A stretch of DNA of 64,000 nt, taken from Planctomycetota bacterium (GTDB lineage Bacteria > Planctomycetota > GCA-002687715 > CAIWVZ01). The notes beneath the pieces were generated by a model. The model worked only from the letters and a program-made list of their open reading frames with translations. It was not told where the DNA came from and made no database searches. Positions 1-9,749 of this stretch are shown piece by piece. The stretch covers positions 1-64,000 of the forward strand of contig JBGANV010000010.1 in NCBI GenBank assembly GCA_044222185.1, written 5' to 3'. A program made the position numbers and the translations under genes. How positions within the stretch are numbered: position 1 is the stretch's first letter; each line of letters starts with the position of its first letter.

Positions 1-64
1 CCACGAGGCTTCGCATCTCCGCCGCGCGTGTCGCCCTCCGCCCACCCCGAACCTCATCGATCAT
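1..64 (-). CDS. 5' end of an unidentified CDS running off the window edge (MIDEVRGG...)
   Basis: ATG at 64 (minus) preceded by a strong SD AAGGAG; frame open to the edge; too short to identify. Confidence 0.4.
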   Translation of the reverse strand, partial: MIDEVRGGRRATRAAEMRSLV

Positions 65-546
65 GGCTGGTCTCCTTTCGACCAAGCCATGGTGCGAGCG
101 GAGACCCCGCGGAATTAGGATGGGTTCACCGAGTGTTTACGCTCGTGCGGGCCGGCAATCCTGGCTGATCCCGGCGCGGTGAGACGACTCGGTGCGGAGT
201 GCACCATCGACGCCCGGGCCGGATTCTGGCGCCTTGGTCTTCCGCGTCAGCCGCCCGGCAGCGGGAGCCACGCGGTCTTGGCGCGGATCGTTCTGGGGGA
301 CGCCGCCGGTTGATCCGCGAACTTTCGGCGCGGCATGAGCGGACCCTCGCCCGACCCGACCCGCGAGACTCCCCGCGCCGCCGCCCCATGGGGGAGAACT
401 CCCGTCGACCTCTCGTGACGCGAGCCGTCTTCGATTGGACCGGCTCTCGTCGTCGCGTGCCTCGGGCGCCCCGGTCGTCGTCGCCCCAGGCGCGTGAGTG
501 ACCTGCAGCGCGGGGTTCGGTGCTGGGTCGCTGCCAGCGCGCGTTC

Positions 547-575
547 TTGACAATGTCTAGCGCATTGGCTAAATG
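547..575 (+). promoter_or_regulatory. sigma70-type promoter with overlapping ArsR-type operator
   Basis: TTGACA at 547-552 followed by the imperfect palindrome TAGC-GCATTG-GCTA(AAT), directly upstream of the ArsR gene. Confidence 0.55.
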
Positions 576-610
576 TCGTTCCTGTGGTCCGGAGCGAATC
601 GAAGGCGCGG

Positions 611-889
611 ATGGACGCGTACGAGGTGGTGTTCACCGCGCTCGCGCATCCGGTCCGCCGTCGCATCCTGCTGACGCTGAACTTCGAGGGCGGGTCCATG
701 TCCGCCGGTGAAGTCGCAGCCGTGTTCGATCACGCATGGCCCACGACGACACGGCACATGAAGCTGCTCGAGGATGCCGGCCTGGTCTCGCACGAACGTC
801 AGGGGCGGGCACGGATCTATCGGATCGAACGCGAGCGGCTGAAACTTGTGCAGGATTGGCTCGCGTGGTTTCAGAAGAGCACGAGTTGA
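611..889 (+). CDS. ArsR/SmtB family transcriptional regulator
   Basis: FTALAHPVRRRIL...HMKLLEDAGLVSHERQGRARIYRI wHTH signature; start may be 584. Confidence 0.9.
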   Translation: MDAYEVVFTALAHPVRRRILLTLNFEGGSMSAGEVAAVFDHAWPTTTRHMKLLEDAGLVSHERQGRARIYRIERERLKLVQDWLAWFQKSTS

Positions 890-909
890 CCGCGACATCG
901 GAGGAACCC

Positions 910-1428
910 ATGGCGAAGAAGAAGTCCGCGAAGAAACCCGCCGCAAAGACCCGGAAAGCTTCGAAGGCCGCGAAGGGCGCGGCGCGAAAGCCCGCGAAGA
1001 AACCTGCCGCCGCCGCGCGGTCCAAGCGCGCCGAGGGCGACGTTCCGAGTCTCTTCCGCCTGAACATCGAGGTCGGCGACCTGGACAAGGCGGCGGATTT
1101 CTACGCCCGGCTCCTCGGGATGCCCGGGCGGCGTCAGGCGGGTTCGCGCGTCTACTTCACCTGCGGCGCCGTCACGTTGCAGGTCGTCGACACGTCGACG
1201 CTCGGTCGACCGCACCGGGCGGCGAAGGCGCTTTACTTCACGGTGAACGATCTCGACGCCGCGTTCGCGCGAGCGCAGTCGCTCGACTGTCTCTCGTCCG
1301 AGGACGTCCACGGCGAGTCCGGCGGCGCGATCAGCGTGCGCCCGTGGGGCGAGCGCTCGTTCTACGTGGACGATCCCTGGGAGAACCCGCTCTGCTTCGT
1401 CGAAGCGGGCACGACGTATCCAGGCTGA
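910..1428 (+). CDS. VOC/glyoxalase family protein with a Lys/Ala-rich N-terminal tail
   Basis: SD GGAGG; VGDLDKAADFY, LYFTVNDLD and RPWGERSFYVDDPWENPL motifs. Confidence 0.85.
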   Translation: MAKKKSAKKPAAKTRKASKAAKGAARKPAKKPAAAARSKRAEGDVPSLFRLNIEVGDLDKAADFYARLLGMPGRRQAGSRVYFTCGAVTLQVVDTSTLGRPHRAAKALYFTVNDLDAAFARAQSLDCLSSEDVHGESGGAISVRPWGERSFYVDDPWENPLCFVEAGTTYPG

Positions 1429-1439
1429 GTCGACCGTCG

Positions 1440-1806
1440 CGGAGCGCCCGGCTCCGCCTGGCCGGATGGCGAGACCTCCGGGCTCGCCAGACGGTCGGTG
1501 CGCGTTCAACCCTCTGACGGCCCGCACCGCACGGCGTCACCGCGCAGGAGTGTCGTCGCGAGTTCCGGGCACGGCAGGAGCCCTGCCATCCAGCCGCGCA
1601 AAACGCGGCGTTCCGGAGCGCCAGGATCCCCGAGTCCGACGAGGGGTCCTGGCCGGATGGCGAGACCTCCGGGCTCGCCAGACGGTTGGTGTGCGTTCAA
1701 CCTGCTGACGGCCCCCACCGCACGGCGTCACCGCGCAAGAGTTTCGTCGCGAGTTCCGGGCAGGGCAGGAGCCCTGCCATCCAGCCGCGCAAAACGCGGC
1801 GTTCCG
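1440..1806. repeat. REP/REPIN-like tandem element, 2 units, period about 191 bp
   Basis: CCTGGCCGGATGGCGAGACCTCCGGGCTCGCC at 1457 and 1648; several internal hairpins; lies between convergent genes. Confidence 0.9.
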
Positions 1807-1873
1807 AACTCGAGGGATTGCCCAGGGGCCATCGGCCCTCGATCGCCGCACGGCGGGCGGCGACGCCGATCGA

Positions 1874-2530
1874 TCACGCGCCGCCTTTTGCCGGCGGAGG
1901 CTCGGACGGCTCGTCGGGCTTCTTGGAGGTCGCAGGCTTGGACTCTGCCGCCTTCTTCTCGGCGGCCTTGAGGGCGTCGTCGATGGCCTTCGTGAGGCCC
2001 GCGTCCTCGGGCGTCGTCTTCGATCCGAACGCTGCGAGCACGGTGCCGTCGCCGTCCACGAGGAACTTGTGGAAGTTCCACTTCACGGTCGATGGCACGG
2101 CGCTCTCCTTTTGCAGGTGCTTGTAGAGATCGCACGCCGCGTCGCCCTTCACCTTCACCTTCGCGAACATGGGGAAGGCGACTTTGTATTCGGACTGGCA
2201 GAACGCGAGGATGTCGGGCTCGTCACCCGGTTCCTGGTTCCCGAAGTCGTTGCAGGGGAACCCCAGCACTTCGAACCCGCGCGCACCGTAGGTCTCGTGG
2301 AGCTTCTGCAGGCCACCGTATTGCGGCGTGTACCCGCACTCGGACGCCGTGTTCACGATCAGGAGGACCTTGCCTTTGTAGGACGACAGCTTCTCCGGCG
2401 TTCCGTCGATGCGCTTCATCTCGAAGCCGTGGACGTTGGTCTTCGCCGGTGCCGGTCGCGACTCCTGCGCCATCGCGAGCCCGACGGCGATCCAGCACGC
2501 GATCGTGAACGTTGCGATTGAACGGAACAT
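1874..2530 (-). CDS. Exported glutathione peroxidase family protein (Cys type)
   Basis: GKVLLIVNTASECGYTPQY, LGFPCNDFGNQEPG, KWNFHKFLVD; N-terminal signal peptide; start may be 2542. Confidence 0.93.
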   Translation of the reverse strand: MFRSIATFTIACWIAVGLAMAQESRPAPAKTNVHGFEMKRIDGTPEKLSSYKGKVLLIVNTASECGYTPQYGGLQKLHETYGARGFEVLGFPCNDFGNQEPGDEPDILAFCQSEYKVAFPMFAKVKVKGDAACDLYKHLQKESAVPSTVKWNFHKFLVDGDGTVLAAFGSKTTPEDAGLTKAIDDALKAAEKKAAESKPATSKKPDEPSEPPPAKGGA

Positions 2531-2573
2531 GCTCGACTCCATCTTCAGCCCGCAGGCGCGGGCGCTTCATGCG

Positions 2574-3272
2574 TCAGAGGAAGCTACGAAGCGCGATGAT
2601 GAACGCTCCGACCTGACGTTGTACCGCGGGGGAGGCACGCACCACGAGCAGGTGCTTGGACGCGGTGATCGTCACACCGTCTGCGTTCCAAACCTCGGCG
2701 CCGGTCGACAGCTTGATCAGGTCGATGATCTCGTTGGGATCCCGCGAGGACCGGGTTTCGTCCGCGACGTCGGCCTTGCTCCCGTGGGTGCCGCTCGGGC
2801 TGAGGTGGATGTCGGGTCCGGGGAAATCGGGGGCCTGATACAGGAGATCGGCGATGTCGTAGAACCTCGTCACGAGCGTTCGTCGCACCGCGTCTTCCGG
2901 CGTCGTGATGAATACCAGCCCCGTGTCGTAGAGGAACGTGATCTTGGCCATCGCGGCGAGGGTGCGGACCGCGGTCGCGTACGAGACGTCGTGAAGTTCG
3001 AGAGAGACGGTGTCCTTGCGCCTTTCCTCCGCCGCCTTCGTGAACAGCACGCTTCGCCCGAGCCGGTTGGCCAGCTCCTTGGCTATCGACTCGAGGGATG
3101 AGTCCTTCCAATCGAAGCTGCCGCGAGCGGCAGCAAGCTTGCGCTCGACGGTGCGCCAGACTGACGCGTCGTCGCCGTCACGGAACGCTCCGTGCGTGAG
3201 GACCTGACCGAACGCCGGTGAGATGACGAGACCGAGCGCGACCAACGCGGGAACGAGGCGGATGCGAAACAT
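2574..3272 (-). CDS. Exported protein with STN/secretin N-domain-like modules and no beta-barrel
   Basis: SD GGAGG; signal peptide; VSLELHDVSYATAVRTL, TRFYDIADL and LLVVRASPAVQRQV resemble secretin N0/N3 segments. Confidence 0.6.
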   Translation of the reverse strand: MFRIRLVPALVALGLVISPAFGQVLTHGAFRDGDDASVWRTVERKLAAARGSFDWKDSSLESIAKELANRLGRSVLFTKAAEERRKDTVSLELHDVSYATAVRTLAAMAKITFLYDTGLVFITTPEDAVRRTLVTRFYDIADLLYQAPDFPGPDIHLSPSGTHGSKADVADETRSSRDPNEIIDLIKLSTGAEVWNADGVTITASKHLLVVRASPAVQRQVGAFIIALRSFL

Positions 3273-3438
3273 GGTGCCCTCCGGAGGATGAGTCGGGACC
3301 ACGTTCGGCCCCGGTGGATGACGTCGGGCGAGGCGGATCATACACGTTCGACGTTCGGATCGACCGGCGGGAACACGCCCTGGGCTCCGCGGGGATCGGA
3401 TTTCGTGTCGCGCGCGGCCGTCGACCGGCGTGGAGCGC

Positions 3439-3873
3439 TCAGGTCGACCGGCTCGGTGCGTCATTCGCCCCGTCGCGGAGGAGGCACGCGCGCCCGACGA
3501 ACACGGCCGCGACGGCCCCCAGTGCGTACCCCGCGAAGTCCCAGGGGTCGAACGTCGATCCGGCGACGAGGCGTCCTGGCAACGACCTGCGCACGGGATC
3601 GAGCCAGGGTGGATGCCACAGCTGCGAGACCTCGATCGCACACGTGGCGAGGAAAACCCGAATCGCGGCGATGGACGGAATCACGCCCGGCGCGATGAAG
3701 GCGACGACGAGCGTGAAGAACACGACGTAGAGCGCGCCCCCTGCGTTCGCGCGGACGAACCCCGACTCCACTCCCGCCCAGGCCTTCGTGGCCAGACCGA
3801 CAGGCACGGTCACCGCGAGCGCGACCACGAGCCTGCGTCGGCTGAAGCGGCCGTCCACCCGTCGCGCCGTCAC
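3439..3873 (-). CDS. DUF2809 (YjgA-like) membrane protein
   Basis: IEVSQLWHPPWLDPVRRSLPGRLVAGSTFDPWDFAGYALG; GTG start overlaps upstream stop (GTGA). Confidence 0.8.
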   Translation of the reverse strand: MTARRVDGRFSRRRLVVALAVTVPVGLATKAWAGVESGFVRANAGGALYVVFFTLVVAFIAPGVIPSIAAIRVFLATCAIEVSQLWHPPWLDPVRRSLPGRLVAGSTFDPWDFAGYALGAVAAVFVGRACLLRDGANDAPSRST

Positions 3874-5114
3874 GGCGAGCGCGTTCCCGGAATCGGCGCC
3901 CTCGAGTCGATCGCGAGAGCACCCGCATCCATCAGCAACGCATAGCGTCGGTCCTTGCGAAGCATGAGATTGCGGAGCACCTGCGTCAGGCGATCTCCGA
4001 ACCCACGTCGATCGGGCCGAAGGAGCGCGTCCTGCAACGTCTCGTTCAGGATCGGCTCTGCCGCCTTCACGAATCCCTCGACGGGCCGCCACAGTCCGGG
4101 GCGCGCGAATGCGGCGTGTAGCGCCTCGCGGAACGTGGGGTCGGAGTTCACGACGTCATTCCAGATGCGGTTGACGCATTGGGCGACCTCGGGATCGGTC
4201 ATCACGCGGTCGAGGCTTCGACCGAGTGCGTCGCGGACGGCCGGGTCCTTCCACGCTTCGCTCGCGGCGCCGAGTGCCGCGTGCATCAGCTCGGGGGCGC
4301 GCTTGCGCAGAACCGGGAGCGCCTTGTCGCGCAACGCCGTCTCGAGCTCGGTCGCGAACGCCGTCTCCGACCCGACGCCGACCGTGTCCTTCGTCTTCGC
4401 CCAGAGAGCGCGCGCAACCGTCCCAAAGCCCATTCCCGTGATGATCTCCTCGGCGATTCCCGCGGCTGCGCGGCCCACTTGTTCCTCGACGCGGGGCCAC
4501 ACCCGTTCCTGGAAGATCGGCGAGAGGTCGTGGTCGACGATGTCCGTCCGGATCCGCGCGACGATCGGCTCCCACGTTCCGCGGTTGCGCTCGATCGCGC
4601 CGGGCACGCGTTCGGCGAACGCGCGGCCGATCTCCTCGATCGTGATCCTCAGCTCGGGAGCGAAGCCCGCGAGTACGTCGCTCCGCTCGCGTTCCCAGAG
4701 CTCACGCAGGCGAGCTTCGAACGTCCCGCGCAACTCTCCGGGAGCCAACGTCGTCAGCGCCCAGGCCAGGTTGGACGCCGGATGCATGGCGACGACGCGC
4801 GCGCCGTCGTGGTGCGTTCGCAGGACCTCGGGATCGGCCTCGAACGTCACGATCTCGTCGCTGCCCGAGACCGTCACGTCGCGCGTGCGCCCGATCACCG
4901 CGAAGCCTTCGCCGTCGGGCGCCATCAGCGGATCGCCTGGCAGCAGGCCGCTCGCGGACGTGAATCGAACGGTGATCCGATCGCGCAGGGTGAACACGTG
5001 GTCGAGGATGCGCCGCGGCACCGTGCCGACGGTCGGGATCCGAGCCACGAGCACGCCAGTCACGCTCACTGACGTGACGATCGCGAAGACGCCCAGGATC
5101 CGCCTGCCGTACAT
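3870..5114 (-). CDS. Membrane-anchored protein with an MCE/MlaD-like N-terminus and a long helical region
   Basis: N-terminal TM; VRFTSASGLLPGDPL...VIGRTRDV; TGATG coupling to the upstream gene. Confidence 0.55.
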   Translation of the reverse strand: MYGRRILGVFAIVTSVSVTGVLVARIPTVGTVPRRILDHVFTLRDRITVRFTSASGLLPGDPLMAPDGEGFAVIGRTRDVTVSGSDEIVTFEADPEVLRTHHDGARVVAMHPASNLAWALTTLAPGELRGTFEARLRELWERERSDVLAGFAPELRITIEEIGRAFAERVPGAIERNRGTWEPIVARIRTDIVDHDLSPIFQERVWPRVEEQVGRAAAGIAEEIITGMGFGTVARALWAKTKDTVGVGSETAFATELETALRDKALPVLRKRAPELMHAALGAASEAWKDPAVRDALGRSLDRVMTDPEVAQCVNRIWNDVVNSDPTFREALHAAFARPGLWRPVEGFVKAAEPILNETLQDALLRPDRRGFGDRLTQVLRNLMLRKDRRYALLMDAGALAIDSRAPIPGTRSP

Positions 5115-5581
5115 CACGCGCGCCGCGCCTTCGAGGACCGTCCATCGGCATCGATCGCAGCGCGGGCGCCGGCCGGATCGTCGCACGACACGATCACGTC
5201 GAGCCGTCCGCGACGGCGGATCCGGATCGCGGGGCCCGTTCGCGCCACGTAGCAGAACGCCGGGGGCAGGGTGATGTGGAACCCGATCCCGTGCCGCCAG
5301 AAGGTCGTTTGGATCACCTCGACGGATTCGATCTCGCCGAGCGAGGTTCGCGACTTGAACAAGCGGAACCCCGCGACGACCTCCGCATCGGTCACGAGGA
5401 TCGTGACGTGGTCCAGCTCCCAGGTCACCAGCAGCATGATGACGAACGAGATGAGGATCGCGCCCCGGGCTGCCACGGGGATCCCTGGGGCGAGGTTCAC
5501 CGCGAGAAGCAGGACCGCGACGGCGACGCAGAAGCCGAACCACGCGGTTCCGAGGCGTTGTCGCTGGACGTAGGGCTCCAT
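5114..5581 (-). CDS. Hypothetical membrane protein (2 TM plus a PH-like beta domain)
   Basis: Two hydrophobic helices followed by SLGEIESVEV; sits in the operon downstream of pgeF. Confidence 0.65.
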   Translation of the reverse strand: MEPYVQRQRLGTAWFGFCVAVAVLLLAVNLAPGIPVAARGAILISFVIMLLVTWELDHVTILVTDAEVVAGFRLFKSRTSLGEIESVEVIQTTFWRHGIGFHITLPPAFCYVARTGPAIRIRRRGRLDVIVSCDDPAGARAAIDADGRSSKARRA

Positions 5582-5603
5582 GGGCTCGCTGGAGCCGCCG
5601 CGT

Positions 5604-6428
5604 TCACGTGGCCCGGCTCCGCATGATGACGGCCATCATACGACCCGAGCGCTCACCGCCACGGGCGCGATGCGAAAAGAACCTGGCGACTTCGCAGCGC
5701 GTGCACGGAGGCGTGACGACCCGCCCGTCGACGTCGACGCGCGCGAGAGCCCGCAGGGCGGCCGCGCGAAGATCGACGTGGTCTCGCCGGGAAGGGCCGC
5801 GCGAAACGATCCCTTCGCGGCCGAACCTCTCGACGAAACGCACCGAGACGTCGTCGCCGACCTCGAAGCAGCAGGGCCCGATGGATGGACCGAACGCCAC
5901 GGCCAACTCCCGGCTGTCCACGCGCGTGAGCCGCGCGAGTTCGCGGACGGCGTTCTCCACGACCCCCGACAGGATGCTCCGCCATCCGGCATGCACCACG
6001 CCCACGGCTCGTCCGTCGGGTACGGCGAGGAAAACCGGGAGGCAGTCGGCGACGGACGCGAGCAGCGGGACGTCGTGCGTGTCGGTCACGAGCGCGTCGG
6101 CCAGCAGGAACGGGTCGGGCTCCGTGCTGCCGCGTCCTGCGTCCGCGGCGTGGATGATGGCGACGTCGGCGCCGTGAACCTGGCCTGCGCAGACGAAGCG
6201 ATCCGCAGGGACGTTGGCGGCGCGACCGAAGCGGCGTCGGTTCTCCAGGACGGTCCACCGGTCATCCCCGACGTGGAGGCTGAGATTCAGGCTGTCGAAT
6301 GGCGGTCGCGAGAGGCCGCCGTGGCGCGTGGAGCATGCCGCGACGACGTTCGCGACGGGCTTGGACCACGCCGGCCGGAACAGGGGAACCTCCTGGACGG
6401 CGGGCTGAAGTGCGAGGTTGGTATTCAC
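5604..6428 (-). CDS. pgeF: Peptidoglycan editing factor / purine nucleoside phosphorylase PgeF (YfiH)
   Basis: STRHGG, LNLSLHVGDD, QVHG, ADCLPV, HAGWRS, GPSIGPCCFEVG, FFSHR, GRM; GTG start with GGAGG. Confidence 0.95.
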   Translation of the reverse strand: MNTNLALQPAVQEVPLFRPAWSKPVANVVAACSTRHGGLSRPPFDSLNLSLHVGDDRWTVLENRRRFGRAANVPADRFVCAGQVHGADVAIIHAADAGRGSTEPDPFLLADALVTDTHDVPLLASVADCLPVFLAVPDGRAVGVVHAGWRSILSGVVENAVRELARLTRVDSRELAVAFGPSIGPCCFEVGDDVSVRFVERFGREGIVSRGPSRRDHVDLRAAALRALARVDVDGRVVTPPCTRCEVARFFSHRARGGERSGRMMAVIMRSRAT

Positions 6429-6542
6429 GTTCCTCCGATCGGATCCACCTCTTGCTGAACGGGCAAGGTCCGCTGGAACCCCGTTCACTCCTCAAGATCA
6501 ACGCATACACTGTGCCTTCTGTCACGGAAAAAAGGGGAACCC

Positions 6543-8540
6543 ATGATTCGAGCCCTCGCCCTGTCCGTCGCCTTGGCGACGTCGTTGGCCGCACAGGAAT
6601 TGACGCTCGCGAGCTTCGCGGAAGAGGTTGGCAGCGTCCGGGCCGTCGCCCTGAAGCCGACGAACACCTTCACCGCCCGGCAGTTCTCGTCCTACGACCG
6701 CCGGTCCGTGTCGCGGGCGAACGGCGGCGATGACGGATGGTTCGCGAACGGTGACCAGGGGCAGTTCCTCAGGTCGGAAGTGCGCGACGGCAAGACCGAG
6801 TGGGTGATGGCGGACGTGGATGGCCCGGGCGTCGTCACCCGGATCTGGTCTGCCGACCCCAAGGGCGTGATGCGGGTCTACATCGATGGGGCCGACGCGC
6901 CAGCGATCGAGGATGAGATGAAGACGCTCCTCGGGGGGAGTCACCGGCTCGCGCCGGCGCCGCTGGCGGGGGCACGGAGCATGGGATGGAACTGGCACGT
7001 GCCGATTCCGTACGCGAAGCACCTGAAGGTCACGGTGAGCGAGAAGACGCTCTACTATCACGTGAACGTCCGTACGTATGCCGCGGGCACGGCGATCCGG
7101 TCGTACTCCGCTGCCGAGGTCGCCGCAGCGGCGCCCGCATTGACGGCTGCGGCGCGGATCCTGGCGAACCCCGGCCCGCCCGAGTTCAACGCCGGAGAGC
7201 CCGGAGTCCTCACCTGGAATGCCGAACTGCCGCCCCAGGGCGCCGCCGCGTTCGAGCCGCCGCACGGCGACAAGCCCATGGCGCTCACGGCACTCGCCGT
7301 TCGATTCACAGGCGATGCGCCCCCGCCGGCAGCCTGGCGTTCCGTGATCATCCGAGCCAGGTTCGACGGCGAAGCCTGCATCGAGGCCCCGCTTGGTGAT
7401 TTCTTCGGCACGGGTCCCGGGTTGCGGACCTTCGCGTCGGCCCCAACCGGCATGGCGCCAGGCAACAGCGGCTGGTCGAGATGGGTGATGCCGTGGGCGA
7501 AGGGCGCGAGTTTCGAGTTCGCGAATCTCTCGGGTGCGAAGCTCTCGATCGCGCTCGACGCGCGCGTCGAAACTCTCCCGGAGGGAACCGCGATTCGCCA
7601 TTTCCACGCGAATTGGAGGCAGGACCGTGACCTGCCGACTCGTCCACGCACGGACTGGAACGCGCTCACGGCCGAAGGCGGCGCCGGCGTGTACGTCGGT
7701 TGTGCCATGTTCGTGGCGAACCCGGTGAAGGAGTGGTGGGGAGAGGGCGACGAGAAGTTCATCGTGGACGGCGAGGCGTTTCCGAGCACCTTCGGCACCG
7801 GGTCCGAGGATTTCTTCGGGTACGCGTGGTGCTGCAACAAGCCGTTCGTTCACGCGCTCCATGGCCAACCGCGATGCGACGGGCCGGCGAACTACGGGTT
7901 CACATCCGTCTATCGGTGGCAGTTCTCGGACTGCGTGCCCTGGACCAGGAGCTTCACGTTCGACATCGAAGTCTGGCACTGGGCCGACTGCAAGGTGAGC
8001 CAGTCGATGACGGTGTTCTGGTACGGCGACCCGGGGGTTCGCGCCAAGCACCCGCCCATCACGACGGCGGCCCAGATCGAGCTCCCGGTCCTCCCCGAGC
8101 TCAAGCTGAAGAAGGTGGAGGGCGCGATCGAGGGCGAGTCCATGACCGTCGTCTCGAAGTCCGGAACGGCCGAGCGCCAGGATCTCGACGAGACGGTCTG
8201 GAGCGGCGGCGCGCACCTGTGGTGGCGCGGCGCCAAGCCCGGGGACAAGCTCGTGCTCGAGTTCGCGGCACCATCCGCCGGCAAGTACGACCTGCGGGCC
8301 GCATTCACGAAGGCACGGGACTACGGCATTCACCGGATCTCGATCAACGGAACGCCGGTGGGCGAGCCGCGCGACTTCTACGACCGAAGCGTGGTCGTCA
8401 CTCCCGAGGTCGACCTCGGGGTGATCTCGCTCGTGGCCGGCGCGAACCGGATCGAGGTCGAGTGCACGGGCAAGCGCGAGAAGGCTGTTCCTGGGTACAT
8501 GTTCGGCCTGGATTACCTCGTGCTGAAGAAGGCGGAGTGA
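6543..8540 (+). CDS. Secreted DUF2961 / GH172 glycoside hydrolase with a C-terminal jelly-roll module
   Basis: SSYDR, GPGVVTRIW, PLGDFFG, WWGEGDEKFIVDGE, FGTGSEDFFG; signal peptide. Confidence 0.9.
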   Translation: MIRALALSVALATSLAAQELTLASFAEEVGSVRAVALKPTNTFTARQFSSYDRRSVSRANGGDDGWFANGDQGQFLRSEVRDGKTEWVMADVDGPGVVTRIWSADPKGVMRVYIDGADAPAIEDEMKTLLGGSHRLAPAPLAGARSMGWNWHVPIPYAKHLKVTVSEKTLYYHVNVRTYAAGTAIRSYSAAEVAAAAPALTAAARILANPGPPEFNAGEPGVLTWNAELPPQGAAAFEPPHGDKPMALTALAVRFTGDAPPPAAWRSVIIRARFDGEACIEAPLGDFFGTGPGLRTFASAPTGMAPGNSGWSRWVMPWAKGASFEFANLSGAKLSIALDARVETLPEGTAIRHFHANWRQDRDLPTRPRTDWNALTAEGGAGVYVGCAMFVANPVKEWWGEGDEKFIVDGEAFPSTFGTGSEDFFGYAWCCNKPFVHALHGQPRCDGPANYGFTSVYRWQFSDCVPWTRSFTFDIEVWHWADCKVSQSMTVFWYGDPGVRAKHPPITTAAQIELPVLPELKLKKVEGAIEGESMTVVSKSGTAERQDLDETVWSGGAHLWWRGAKPGDKLVLEFAAPSAGKYDLRAAFTKARDYGIHRISINGTPVGEPRDFYDRSVVVTPEVDLGVISLVAGANRIEVECTGKREKAVPGYMFGLDYLVLKKAE

Positions 8541-8597
8541 TGATGCCCTTGCGCTGCGTCGCCGCGCGCCCGAGATAGACCCACGCCCACCGCGCTC

Positions 8598-9749
8598 ATG
8601 GATCCTCGACGATCGTCGACCGCTGCCGCACCCGCGCCTGGGGATTCCGTTGCGCCCGCGCTCTCCGCCAAGCTGCGGGCGCTGTCGTTCCTCGGGATCC
8701 TCATGGTCGTCGTGGGACACTCGCCGTCGTTCCGCGACGCGTCGGCGCCCAGCGCGCGGTCGGTGCCCTACGCCATCGCGGAGTTCTTCCTGGCCGACGC
8801 GCTGCCACGCATCGCGGTGATGCTCTTCTTCGCCGTGTCGGGGTTCTTGTTCTTCGTCGGCAACGACGGCACGGCATCGCAGCAAGCTCGCAAGATCAAG
8901 AGCCGTGTCCGCAGCCTCCTCGTCCCCTACCTCGTCTGGTCGGCGATCGCGATCGTGATCTACTACGTGCTGCAGGCTCTACCGCTCACCGCCGGATGGT
9001 TCACGAACTCCTCGCGCCGCGTGGTCGGACGAAGCGTCGTCGACCTGGTGATGATCTGGCTGTTCGATCCGATCGCCTACCAGCTCTGGTTCCTCCGCGA
9101 TCTCTTCCTCGTGGTGCTCCTGACCCCGCTCATGGGGTGGTCGCTGCGGCGCGCGACCGTTCCCACGCTCGTACTCGTCGGGTTGCTCCACGCGCTCGAC
9201 GTGTCCGTGCCCAGCCCGGTTGGCAGCGCGCGACTCATGACGAGTGACGGCTACTTCTACTTCACGGTCGGCGCCGCATTCGCCATCCGACGTTGGCGCC
9301 TGGATGCGTCACCCGCCGTGGCCGCCGGCCTCACGTTCGCCACGCTCGCCCTCGCGGTGACGCGGGCCTGGGCTCACGCGACGGATCGAGGCGTCGACCT
9401 GATCCTCTTCAAGTGCGTTCACCTGCCCGGCGTTCCAGCGATCTGGCTCGGCTACGACCGCTGGCTTCGCTGGATGGAGAGACCCGGCGCCAAGCGCGTC
9501 TCGGCTCACGCGTTCTTCGTCTTCGTCGCGCACGAGCCGTTCATGACGATGCTGCGCAAGCCCATCGTCCGGTTTCTGGGCGCGGGGGATCTGCGGCACG
9601 CCGCCGAGCTGATCCTCACGCTCACGAGCACGGTCGTGATCCTCGTGCCCGTGGCCGCGTGGATCGCGGCGAAGGCTCCGTCGCTCTATTCGTTCCTCTG
9701 CGGCGGCCGCACGGTCAGTGAAGCTGCACCTCGTGTGCGTGCGACGTGA
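8598..9749 (+). CDS. Acyltransferase 3 family integral membrane O-acyltransferase
   Basis: LMVVVGH, LFFAVSGFLF, KSRVRSLLVPYLVW, QLWFLRDL; about 10 TM segments. Confidence 0.88.
   Translation: MDPRRSSTAAAPAPGDSVAPALSAKLRALSFLGILMVVVGHSPSFRDASAPSARSVPYAIAEFFLADALPRIAVMLFFAVSGFLFFVGNDGTASQQARKIKSRVRSLLVPYLVWSAIAIVIYYVLQALPLTAGWFTNSSRRVVGRSVVDLVMIWLFDPIAYQLWFLRDLFLVVLLTPLMGWSLRRATVPTLVLVGLLHALDVSVPSPVGSARLMTSDGYFYFTVGAAFAIRRWRLDASPAVAAGLTFATLALAVTRAWAHATDRGVDLILFKCVHLPGVPAIWLGYDRWLRWMERPGAKRVSAHAFFVFVAHEPFMTMLRKPIVRFLGAGDLRHAAELILTLTSTVVILVPVAAWIAAKAPSLYSFLCGGRTVSEAAPRVRAT

Noticed and set aside
65-545. Possible riboswitch or ncRNA in the long intergenic region
   Set aside because: No c-di-GMP, c-di-AMP, cobalamin, TPP or SAM consensus could be matched by eye; an Rfam scan would be needed.
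1440-1806. Tandem repeats here and at 41351-41695 and 50879-51420 as CRISPR arrays
   Set aside because: Units are 176-193 bp and similar along their whole length, with no unique spacers and no cas genes.
2330-2345. Selenocysteine in the glutathione peroxidase
   Set aside because: The active-site codon is TGC (Cys); there is no in-frame TGA.
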